A stretch of 16,687 nucleotides of DNA from an uncultured bacterium (GTDB lineage Bacteria > Patescibacteriota > Minisyncoccia > Moranbacterales > GWC2-37-73), in contig CAIJXA010000074.1 in the NCBI GenBank assembly GCA_903824515.1, positions 1 through 16,687 of the forward strand, written 5' to 3'. The notes under the pieces were generated by a model that searched no databases, was not told the origin of the DNA, and was given only the letters and a program-made list of their open reading frames with translations. Shown here piece after piece: positions 7,592 through 14,694 of the stretch (position 1 is the first letter of the stretch; each line of letters opens with the position of its first letter). The position numbers and the translations under genes are program-made.

Positions 7592-8791
7592 TTAATTCGT
7601 CACATATGGAAAAGCGTCCGCAAGCTCGCCGGAATAATAAAATTCATAAGCTAACGAGCCAAAAGTATATTTTGCGGAATCAACTTCAATGTTGCTGCCA
7701 CCAACTTTTGGATTTGGATTAGGCCGCGATTGCGGGAAGCCAACATTAAAAAGCGTGCCAATTATTTCCGGGCGATAATCCATATTAAAACCAGCATTTT
7801 TCCATTGAGTCATCATTTCTTTCAAATAAAGCGCGCCATAAAGATAAGAATAGTAATGATTTTTTTCATCAGTCAGACGTTGATAGCGTTGGCTGGCTGG
7901 GTCTCCCTCGGCAAAATCCAAAGCACTCGAAAGCTGCGGCCCCAAGAAATAAGGAGACGAAGAATCTTTCAAATGCTGCTCGGTTTCAATGGCAGTGTTC
8001 TCTTTGACCCCCATCACCCCCAAAGAAATCTTGTTTGAATTGCCTAGAATTTTGAGCGGTTCAAAGAATTTCTTGAAAAGTTCTCGCTGAGAATTGAACA
8101 ATCTGACTTGCTCTACAATTGCGCAAGAGACAAGCAAGCGAGGTTCAATCCCAGCAATCGTCGAAGCTCTGTCAATCAAATCCTTGTCTTTTACAATCGC
8201 CTCTTTAATTGTCGCCCACTGTTCATTGCCCATCCAAGGAAAAATTGTTTCGCTCTGTGCTTCAAGATATTTCTTGGCAATCGCACTATCATTTATTTGG
8301 ATATTTTCCTTGTCACAGTTATCAAAAACACTACTGTTGTTGTTTTTTTCTTCAATCCGCAGCCTGGCCGCCAAAATCATTTTCGAGGCTAGCATATCGG
8401 AATCCAGCAATTGATAGTTTTGAATTATTTTCCAAGCTGCACCCGGCGCAAATGCTCCAATCACATCAATAGCGCAATAATTTTTTACTTTCAATTCTTT
8501 TTCCTGCGCAAGTTGCTTGATTTGAAAGTCCAAGGCATTAATTGAGGTTGCAACTTTTTCAGTTTTTTGACTCTCGGCTCCTAAAACTTGAGCTTGAGCA
8601 ACAATCTTGCTGCCAAGCAAAGTTTTTCCAAAACGATCTGAGTTTGCATCCACCATTCCAGCCACATCCGTCAAATGAAACCGTACCGCAAAAAAACCGC
8701 AGACCAACACAAAACCGATTGCAGCAAAAACATGCAGCCCAACTTTATAGCCCCAATAAAAAAATAGACGGAAGCGCTCGTTCATATACAA
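7592..8791 (-). CDS. Membrane-anchored hypothetical protein; weak resemblance to a lytic transglycosylase (SLT) catalytic motif
   Basis: 399-aa ORF with an N-terminal hydrophobic helix. AGIEPRLLVSCAIVEQVRLFNS aligns with the SLT pattern G.DP.LL.AI...ES.FNP.A, and ISLGVMGVKENTA lies about 20 aa later where GLMQ..P.TA is expected. The spacer is longer than usual. The reported start is TTG; an ATG two codons in is more likely the true start. Confidence 0.55.
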   Translation of the reverse strand: MYMNERFRLFFYWGYKVGLHVFAAIGFVLVCGFFAVRFHLTDVAGMVDANSDRFGKTLLGSKIVAQAQVLGAESQKTEKVATSINALDFQIKQLAQEKELKVKNYCAIDVIGAFAPGAAWKIIQNYQLLDSDMLASKMILAARLRIEEKNNNSSVFDNCDKENIQINDSAIAKKYLEAQSETIFPWMGNEQWATIKEAIVKDKDLIDRASTIAGIEPRLLVSCAIVEQVRLFNSQRELFKKFFEPLKILGNSNKISLGVMGVKENTAIETEQHLKDSSSPYFLGPQLSSALDFAEGDPASQRYQRLTDEKNHYYSYLYGALYLKEMMTQWKNAGFNMDYRPEIIGTLFNVGFPQSRPNPNPKVGGSNIEVDSAKYTFGSLAYEFYYSGELADAFPYVTN

Positions 8792-8792
8792 A

Positions 8793-8821
8793 TATTATAG
8801 CGCATTTTCCATAATGTTCGA
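8793..8821 (-). promoter_or_regulatory. Sigma70-like promoter (TTCGAA - 17 nt - TATAAT) directly upstream of the 7592-8791 gene; implies a leaderless or very short-leader mRNA
   Basis: On the minus strand: TTCGAA (8816-8821), 17-nt spacer, TATAAT (8793-8798). The start codon follows within about 7 nt. Confidence 0.5.
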
Positions 8822-8837
8822 AATTCATATAAAATAC

Positions 8838-8975
8838 CCCGGGGCAAGCCCCACACCCTACGGGCTCACGAGGCAAGACATGTCACTCGTGAGCGACGTG
8901 TCAAGCCTCGTAGGCAAGATACCTTTTGCTGCGTCGCTCGCTGTGAAATGAAAGAGTGCTTTCATTTCACTCACT
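8838..8975. other. GC-rich (about 58%) 140-nt island of nested and mutually exclusive hairpins; candidate structured ncRNA or cis-element of unknown class
   Basis: GGGGCAAGCCCC hairpin (8841-8852). 9-bp stem GCTCACGAG / CTCGTGAGC (8864-8872 / 8886-8894). Competing 8-bp stem GAGCGACG / CGTCGCTC (8891-8898 / 8932-8939), which shares GAGC with the previous stem. Outer CCTACG / CGTAGG pairing (8857-8862 / 8909-8914). Perfect 12-bp hairpin GTGAAATGAAAG-AGTG-CTTTCATTTCAC (8944-8971). GGCAAG occurs three times. No tRNA T-loop or SRP domain IV motif was found. Confidence 0.35.
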
Positions 8976-8987
8976 TTACTAGATAAC

Positions 8988-9021
8988 AAAAAAAGTCATC
9001 CCGGAAATAAACGGAATGACT
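8988..9021 (-). terminator. Intrinsic terminator of the 9042-9851 gene
   Basis: On the minus strand: stem AGUCAUUCCG / CGGGAUGACU (10 bp, one G-U pair), loop UUUAUUU, then UUUUUUUG (+ strand A7 at 8988-8994). Confidence 0.75.
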
Positions 9022-9041
9022 CAAAAGATCCAAAGACCACA

Positions 9042-9851
9042 TCAACTTGCACTGAAACAAAATTTTTCCTGTAAAATCGCTGATCGAAAGTAGAGACTTT
9101 GACCAAACAAGTCAGGCTTATATTTATCGACAGTGATACTTGTACCGTCGTAACCCATACCAATAACTTCACGACTTGCATTATTAACATATGTTTCGGT
9201 CAAGGTGACGCTATACCGATCCAGGGGCAATCCGGTAAACCAATAAATAAACAAATTAAGAATTCGCAATTCACAAAATCTCAACACCCTAATTCTTTGA
9301 TTTGCAATATCATTAGCAGACTTAGACCTCAATTCGCCATCGGCTTCAAAAGTCAATGGGGTCAGAACGATATACTTACTTACTCCAGATAAGTCGCGAT
9401 TGCTCCTTTCAATTTTTCCAAACGCAGCCAATTCCGCATTAAGATTATTATGAATTGTTCTTAAATTTAACAATTTTTCATCATCTTTATCCACATAAGT
9501 AATATCAGCAGAAATCAAATAACTAACTGGCATACATATTGGAAAAAGATTAGCATCGGCTGCTGGCATTGTTGGCAATAAACTCCTTGGAAAAGAAAGT
9601 TCCCTTTTAAAAACATCTTTATAAAAAACTGAATAAAGTCTTAGCACCTCATTCATATTTAGCGACAGTAAATCTATTTGATTAACTGACTTTTCACTAA
9701 AAATAGGCATGCTTTTTTTGAGGAGAACTTCTTCTTTTTTTATTAGAGTCCTTCTATGCATAGTACTACCTCCTATATAAGTTTTAAAGGTTCTGTTGAT
9801 AAAAATACGTTCATCAAGCTCCATTGCGAGTTGGATATAATTATTAACCAA
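9042..9851 (-). CDS. Hypothetical protein, paralog of the 9973-10635 product (family unknown)
   Basis: 269-aa ORF as tracked from a TTG start. The internal ATG at 9824 (MELDERIF...) fits the upstream promoter better, giving 260 aa. Clear paralogy with the next gene: LRLYSVFYKDVFKRELSFPRSLLP vs IAFYEMFFRDVFGIKISFSRELLP, and YIVLTPLTFEAD...ILNLFIYWFTG vs YILCAAAASANV...ILWLFHQWLSG. Confidence 0.6.
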   Translation of the reverse strand: MVNNYIQLAMELDERIFINRTFKTYIGGSTMHRRTLIKKEEVLLKKSMPIFSEKSVNQIDLLSLNMNEVLRLYSVFYKDVFKRELSFPRSLLPTMPAADANLFPICMPVSYLISADITYVDKDDEKLLNLRTIHNNLNAELAAFGKIERSNRDLSGVSKYIVLTPLTFEADGELRSKSANDIANQRIRVLRFCELRILNLFIYWFTGLPLDRYSVTLTETYVNNASREVIGMGYDGTSITVDKYKPDLFGQSLYFRSAILQEKFCFSAS

Positions 9852-9868
9852 AACGTCGAAATTGTCAA
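9840..9868 (-). promoter_or_regulatory. Sigma70-like promoter (TTGACA - 17 nt - AATAAT) for the 9042-9824 gene
   Basis: On the minus strand: TTGACA (9863-9868), spacer 9846-9862, AATAAT (9840-9845). The ATG at 9824 follows about 15 nt after the -10 box, so the leader is very short. Confidence 0.4.
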
Positions 9869-9918
9869 GGCTAGAAAGTGTTCATCAACTAAATTCAAAA
9901 AATGCGCCAAGGCAAGGC

Positions 9919-9955
9919 AAAAAAATGCACCGCCAACTGTTAAGCATTGGCGGTG
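9919..9955 (-). terminator. Intrinsic terminator of the 9973-10635 gene
   Basis: Stem CACCGCCAA (9928-9936) / TTGGCGGTG (9947-9955) with a 10-nt loop. On the minus strand it is followed by UUUUUUUG (+ strand A7 at 9919-9925). Confidence 0.75.
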
Positions 9956-9972
9956 TAAAAAATAATTTAAAT

Positions 9973-10635
9973 TTAACCGAATGGAAGAAACGGAACTTTT
10001 TTATAGGTAACTTCTCGCACGCGAAAAGTGTCTATATCTGTATCCGAATCGCAAAAGAGGCGGCTATAAATTTCAAACCTTAAGCAATCAATGATGACTA
10101 GGTCACCCTTGGAATCGTGCGAGCTAGTGATCAAAACTGAATCTGATTCTAAGTTTGAACCTGAAAGCCATTGATGGAATAACCACAGAATTGATAACTC
10201 CATGAACTCCATGAACTGCGATTGTCTTTTCATAACATACTTAACTGAATTAACGTTCGCTGATGCAGCCGCTGCGCACAGGATGTAATCTCCCTTAATG
10301 AATCTTTTTCTACCCTTGAATCTATCAAGTTCAACCAAGGGATCAATCTTAAAAAAACCACCCAGCTCGCGATAAATAATTTCGCTAGCCAGCCGCACCT
10401 CGGAAGGGATGCACACAACAAGACTAAGCTCCCCTGCTGATTCGGGCAACAGCTCTCTTGAAAAGGAAATCTTGATTCCAAAAACATCCCGAAAGAACAT
10501 TTCATAAAATGCAATTGTTTCCGGGATGGTTAATCTGAGAATTTTTTCTCTGGGAACTTTCCCGATTCTAAACCTGGCCCGCAAGATAGTCTCATTGACT
10601 TTGCTTAAATTTAATAGATTGTTGTGCATAGCCAT
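9973..10635 (-). CDS. Hypothetical protein, paralog of the 9042-9851 product (family unknown)
   Basis: 220-aa ORF. AGGAAA Shine-Dalgarno-like sequence 5 nt upstream of the ATG. Paralogy with the preceding gene as described there. Confidence 0.6.
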   Translation of the reverse strand: MAMHNNLLNLSKVNETILRARFRIGKVPREKILRLTIPETIAFYEMFFRDVFGIKISFSRELLPESAGELSLVVCIPSEVRLASEIIYRELGGFFKIDPLVELDRFKGRKRFIKGDYILCAAAASANVNSVKYVMKRQSQFMEFMELSILWLFHQWLSGSNLESDSVLITSSHDSKGDLVIIDCLRFEIYSRLFCDSDTDIDTFRVREVTYKKVPFLPFG

Positions 10636-10727
10636 TGTTTCCTTTTTCTTTTTTTATTGTCAAGATACTGCTTACTAATATTTCTGGTTTGACTGCCTTG
10701 CAATCAATACGACATTAAACACCCAGA

Positions 10728-10756
10728 TTGCAAAATTGTCAATCTTGCCATATAAT
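10728..10756 (+). promoter_or_regulatory. Strong sigma70-like promoter (TTGCAA - 17 nt - TATAAT) driving the thrS leader
   Basis: TTGCAA (10728-10733), 17-nt spacer, TATAAT (10751-10756). A divergent minus-strand promoter for the 9973-10635 gene may overlap (TTGACA is the reverse complement of 10734-10739). Confidence 0.6.
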
Positions 10757-10763
10757 ACAAATA

Positions 10764-10955
10764 AGCTTATATTAAAAGGACAATTTAATGAGATTGCCGG
10801 CCACCAACCGGCTCGATTTAGAGTCAAAATCTCCGCTTAAGCAGCTTGCGAAAAAGCGCACAAAGTGCCCAAATAATCCGGGAAATCGAGTGGAACCGCC
10901 CTTGGTGAAAATCAAGAGCCTCGATATGGAAAATTCTTTTTCCACCCTATTTTGT
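10764..10955 (+). promoter_or_regulatory. Probable T-box riboswitch leader (Thr-specific) for thrS, with a reduced Stem I
   Basis: AAATCGAGTGGAACCGCCC (10883-10901) matches the T-box core (AANNNGGGUGGNACCGCG), in which UGGN pairs with the tRNA NCCA end. A terminator alternative pairs AATCGAGTGGAA (10885-10896) with TTCCACCCTATT (10940-10951) and is followed by TTTTGTTT. Candidate Stem I: GAGATT / AAATCTC outer helix with GCCGG-CCACCAA-CCGGC (10796-10813) presenting ACC (Thr codon) followed by A. It lies immediately upstream of an aminoacyl-tRNA synthetase gene. Confidence 0.55.
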
Positions 10956-10959
10956 TTGA

Positions 10960-11122
10960 GCCTTTTATTTTTGCAAATTTTAAATTTGAAATTTTCAATT
11001 TTAAATGAAATCTAAATGATTCAATGTTTAAAAATTTATTATTGAAAAATTAAGAAATTGATTAAAAATTTTAAATTTCAAATTTCAAATTTTTTTAATT
11101 AAACATAAGCAACTAAACTATT
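10960..11122 (+). promoter_or_regulatory. AT-rich repeated-motif block between the T-box terminator and the thrS start; shares motifs with the dnaE upstream region
   Basis: GAAATTTTCAATTTTAAAT (10990-11012) and TTTCAAATTTCAAATTTTTTT (11072-11092) parallel 1881-1900 and 1993-2016. No SD precedes the ATG. Confidence 0.4.
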
Positions 11123-12883
11123 ATGACAAACGAAAAAAATAATCTCGAGCTGCTAAAACATTCCACTGCCCACATCCTGGCTGGAGCTGTTTTGGAAATG
11201 TTTCCCGAAGCAAAATTTGGCATCGGACCGGCGATTGAAAATGGCTTTTACTATGACTTCCAGCTTCCGCGAACCCTGATTCCGGAAGACCTGCCATTGC
11301 TCGAAGAAAAAATGAGAGAAATCATCAAAGCTAATCACCCTTTTGAAAAAGCGGAAATTTCAATCAAGGAGGCGCTTGAACATTTTGAAAAAGTAAACCA
11401 ACCATTGAAAGTGGAACTCATCAGTGACCTGCAAAAAGCTGGAAATGAAACAGTCACGATTTACAAATCAGGCAACTTGGTTGACTTGTGCGCTGGTCCG
11501 CACATCGAATCAACCGGGAAAATAAACTTCAAAGCTTTTGCCCTAACCAAAATTTCTGGCGCTTATTGGAAAGGCGACGAAAAAAATCAGCAACTGCAAA
11601 GAATTTATGGCGTGGTTTTTGAAGATAAAGAAGGTCTCAAAAACTATTTACATTTGGTCGAAGAAGCTGCCAAAAGAGATCATCGAAAACTTGGCAAAGA
11701 ATTGGATTTGTTTTGTTTTTCAGATTTGGTTGGCCCAGGACTTCCCCTTTTCACGCCAAATGGAACCATCATCAAAGATGAACTGCAAAAACACATTGAA
11801 AAAGTTTGTCGAGGTTATGGCTTTCAAAAAGTTTCGACTCCTCATCTTGCCAAAATAGACCTCTATGAAAAATCAGGCCATGCTCAAAAATTCGGCGCAG
11901 AACTTTTTCAAGTGACTTCTCACTACAAACAAAACTATGTCCTGAAACCTGTGCAATGCCCGCATCAAACTCAGATTTTTGCTTCCAAGCCACGCTCATA
12001 CCGAGACCTGCCAATTCGCTATATGGAATCAGAAAAGCAATATCGCGATGAAAAGCCTGGAGAAATCGGGGGCTTGCAACGCGTGATTGCAATCACCGTT
12101 GAAGACGGCCATTCTTTTTGCACCGTTGATCAAGTCAAACAAGAAGTGAAAAACATGGTAGAAATTATTCAAAATTTTTACACCTCGCTTGGACTCTGGG
12201 AAAATCATTGGATTTCACTTTCTGTCAGAGATTATGCACATCCGGAAAAATATATTGGAGATGCTGCCGATTGGGATGAATGCGAAAAAATACTCCAGGA
12301 TGTTTCCGCTGAAATGGGTCTTGGCGCAATCAAACATGAAGGTGAAGCAGCTCTTTATGGACCGAAACTGGATTTCATGTTCCGCGACGCCCTAGGCAAA
12401 GAAATTCAAATTCCAACCGTGCAATTGGATTTTGCAACTCCAAAAAGATTCGAATTAGAATACACCAACAACGAAGGCGGCAAATCATCGCCAGTCATGG
12501 TTCATCGGGCAATCCTTGGATCATATGAAAGATTCATTGCGCTTTTGATTGAGCATTTTGCTGGAGCTTTCCCACTTTGGCTTTCGCCGGTTCAGGTTGC
12601 CGTTTTGCCTATTTCAGAAAAATTTGCGCAGTATGCCGCTGAGGTGAAAAGCAAACTTTTAGTAGCCGACATCCGCGTGGAAATGAATGATAAAGCCGAG
12701 TCGCTTGGCAAAAGAATTTCCGAAACTGAAAAACAAAAAACTCCATATATCATCGTAGTCGGAGAAAAAGAGGTTGCCGACAAAACCGTCGCCGTTCGCA
12801 CTCATGGGGTCAAGGAGCAGCAAACTTTGCCACTGGATGAATTTATTGAGAAAATCATGAAAGAGATTATTAATAAGAAGTAA
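11123..12883 (+). CDS. thrS: Threonyl-tRNA synthetase lacking the N-terminal TGS domain
   Basis: 586-aa ORF. Begins at the editing (N2) domain with HSTAHILAG. Class II catalytic core and a C-terminal anticodon-binding domain (YIIVVGEKEVADKTVAVR). About 60 aa shorter at the N-terminus than E. coli ThrRS. Confidence 0.95.
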   Translation: MTNEKNNLELLKHSTAHILAGAVLEMFPEAKFGIGPAIENGFYYDFQLPRTLIPEDLPLLEEKMREIIKANHPFEKAEISIKEALEHFEKVNQPLKVELISDLQKAGNETVTIYKSGNLVDLCAGPHIESTGKINFKAFALTKISGAYWKGDEKNQQLQRIYGVVFEDKEGLKNYLHLVEEAAKRDHRKLGKELDLFCFSDLVGPGLPLFTPNGTIIKDELQKHIEKVCRGYGFQKVSTPHLAKIDLYEKSGHAQKFGAELFQVTSHYKQNYVLKPVQCPHQTQIFASKPRSYRDLPIRYMESEKQYRDEKPGEIGGLQRVIAITVEDGHSFCTVDQVKQEVKNMVEIIQNFYTSLGLWENHWISLSVRDYAHPEKYIGDAADWDECEKILQDVSAEMGLGAIKHEGEAALYGPKLDFMFRDALGKEIQIPTVQLDFATPKRFELEYTNNEGGKSSPVMVHRAILGSYERFIALLIEHFAGAFPLWLSPVQVAVLPISEKFAQYAAEVKSKLLVADIRVEMNDKAESLGKRISETEKQKTPYIIVVGEKEVADKTVAVRTHGVKEQQTLPLDEFIEKIMKEIINKK

Positions 12884-12936
12884 TTTCCAACGAGCCGATA
12901 CGAAACCATGAAACAGATAAGAAGCTACGAACAACC

Positions 12937-14382
12937 ATGAAATACTACATCAAAACCTTCGGTTGCCAAATGAACGTTTCAGACAGCCAGCGCTTAGCCA
13001 CCTTTTTGGAAGCGCAAGGTTTTTCGCAGAGCACTGAAATGGGTAGTGCGGAACTGGTCATCTTCAACACTTGCGGAGTCAAGCAAACCGCTGAGAATAG
13101 AGCTTACAGCCTGATTAATAACTTACGCAAAGCTGAAAAAGCATCCCGCTTAAAAGCTAAAAACTTTAAACTAACAGCTATCATCATGACGGGTTGCCTT
13201 GCCAATCGCACCGACGTACAAAAAAGAATGGAGACAAAAGTTGATTTATTTTGCGAAATCAAAAACTTTCCGCAAGATTTTCAAAAACTAAATTTTTGTC
13301 ATCTTGAGCGAAATTCTTCTGATGAAAATCAGAAAAATGAAGTCGAAGGATCTGAGTCTAATACTAATTACGACAACATAAGATTTCTCGACTTCGCTCG
13401 AAATGACAACAGTCGCGACTATCTCAGCATAGTTCCCAAACATCAAAATAGTTTTGAGGCCTACGTCCCAATCATGACGGGCTGCAACAATTTCTGCACT
13501 TATTGTGTGGTGCCAAATGCCCGTGGCCGTGAAGTTTCTCGTCCAGCTGAGGAAATCATCACTGAAGTCAAAAAACTCGTTTCCAAGGGTTATAAAAATA
13601 TTATTTTACTCGGGCAGAATGTAAATTCATATCGTGGAACGTGGAGCGTGGAGCGTGGAGCGTTAAATGCAAAAGCTAAAGAAAAAATTGTGACCTTTTC
13701 AACCCTTCTCAAGAAAATAAACGCTATTTCGGGCAAATTTTGGATTCAATTTGTTTCATCTCACCCAAAGGATATGAGCGACGAACTGATTGAAGTAATG
13801 ACAAAGTGCCAAAAAGTTTGTGAAAATATTCATTTACCCGTGCAAGCTGGCGACGATGAGATTCTGCAAAAAATGAACCGGCACTACACCCAGAAACACT
13901 ATCTTAATCTCATCAAGCAAATTAACCAAGCTTTCGAGAAAAATAAACCTGGAAAAATATTTTCAATTTCATCAGACATCATCGTCGGTTTCCCAGGCGA
14001 AACTCGCAAAAAATTTTTACAGTCAGCTGAGGTGATGGAAAAAGCAAAATTCGACATGGTTTTCTTCGGACAATTTTCACCCCGGCCTGAAACCGCCGCT
14101 TGGAAAATGAAAGACAATGTTTCTCAAAAAGAAAAAACCCGTCGCGAACAATATCTAAATGAAATTCTCAAAAGAACTGCATTTGAAAATAATCAAAAAT
14201 ATCTCAATCAAACAGTTGAAGTGCTGATCGAACAACAAAAAGAAGCTTCTTATTTCGGCAAAACCAGGACACTGAAAAACGTTAAGATCGCAACGAGCGA
14301 GAAAGATTTGCTCGGAAAAATCGTGAAAGTTAAGATTACTAAGGCCAACGTTTGGAATTTAGAAGGAGAAGCTTTAAAGTAG
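12937..14382 (+). CDS. miaB: tRNA-2-methylthio-N6-dimethylallyladenosine synthase (MiaB-type radical-SAM methylthiotransferase)
   Basis: 481-aa ORF. N-terminal MTTase domain (IKTFGCQMNVSDS...NTCGVKQTAEN), radical SAM CNNFCTYCVVP, C-terminal TRAM domain. Adjacent to miaA. The linker between MTTase and radical SAM domains is unusually long and low-complexity. Confidence 0.85.
   Translation: MKYYIKTFGCQMNVSDSQRLATFLEAQGFSQSTEMGSAELVIFNTCGVKQTAENRAYSLINNLRKAEKASRLKAKNFKLTAIIMTGCLANRTDVQKRMETKVDLFCEIKNFPQDFQKLNFCHLERNSSDENQKNEVEGSESNTNYDNIRFLDFARNDNSRDYLSIVPKHQNSFEAYVPIMTGCNNFCTYCVVPNARGREVSRPAEEIITEVKKLVSKGYKNIILLGQNVNSYRGTWSVERGALNAKAKEKIVTFSTLLKKINAISGKFWIQFVSSHPKDMSDELIEVMTKCQKVCENIHLPVQAGDDEILQKMNRHYTQKHYLNLIKQINQAFEKNKPGKIFSISSDIIVGFPGETRKKFLQSAEVMEKAKFDMVFFGQFSPRPETAAWKMKDNVSQKEKTRREQYLNEILKRTAFENNQKYLNQTVEVLIEQQKEASYFGKTRTLKNVKIATSEKDLLGKIVKVKITKANVWNLEGEALK
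13633..13663 (+). repeat. In-frame heptamer tandem array (CGTGGAA CGTGGAG CGTGGAG CGTGGAG CGT) inside miaB
   Basis: Read directly from the sequence. Encodes GTWSVERGA at a position where E. coli MiaB has a shorter loop (NVNAWRGENYDG...). Confidence 0.8.
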
Positions 14383-14607
14383 ATTTTAGATTTCTGATTT
14401 TGGAATTTTTGTATTTTGTGTTTGCATCTTGTATTTCTCCTGCACCATATGAAGTACGTAGGCGAAAAACAAGTGATGAGCGTTAAGAAATTTTCAGCGA
14501 GCTTTGTCAGCAGACAAAGTGCAGCGGGAATTTTAGCGAAGAATGCAGTTTTTGCCACAGTATCTTCATCCGGTGCGAGTTTTTCTTTCCTCCAGGTTTC
14601 TTTTTGC

Positions 14608-14674
14608 GGAAAAAAGAAATGTGGAAATGAAAATTTTTCCTTTTTGTAACTTTTCTTAGCTAAAAAGAAAAGTT
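14608..14674 (+). promoter_or_regulatory. Two hairpins in the 312-nt miaB-miaA spacer: a weak AU-rich terminator-like hairpin with T5 run (14608-14645) and a 10-bp perfect hairpin AACTTTTCTT-AGCTAAA-AAGAAAAGTT (14648-14674) 20 nt before the miaA ATG
   Basis: GGAAAAA (14608-14614) / TTTTTCC (14634-14640) then TTTTT. The second hairpin was read directly from the sequence. Function unknown (attenuator, or masking of the translation initiation region). Confidence 0.35.
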
Positions 14675-14694
14675 AGCTCCTGAATTTAAAAACT

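Noticed and set aside
8838-8975. GC-rich structured island as a tRNA, SRP RNA or 6S RNA
   Set aside because: No GTTCRANYC T-loop or cloverleaf. No SRP domain IV (GGAA tetraloop with AGCAG internal loop). It is too short for 6S or RNase P RNA. Left as an unclassified element.
9756-10083. + strand ORFs 9756-9965 and 9862-10083 spanning the gap between the paralog genes
   Set aside because: They run across a minus-strand terminator hairpin and promoter and overlap real minus-strand CDS ends.
10788-11015. 75-aa + ORF between the thrS promoter and thrS
   Set aside because: It overlaps the T-box motif, terminator hairpin and AT-rich repeat block and has no RBS. The region is better explained as a riboswitch leader.
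14416-14649. 77-aa + ORF in the miaB-miaA spacer
   Set aside because: TTG start without an RBS and an odd composition. It is retained only as a possible leader or sRNA region (see findings).
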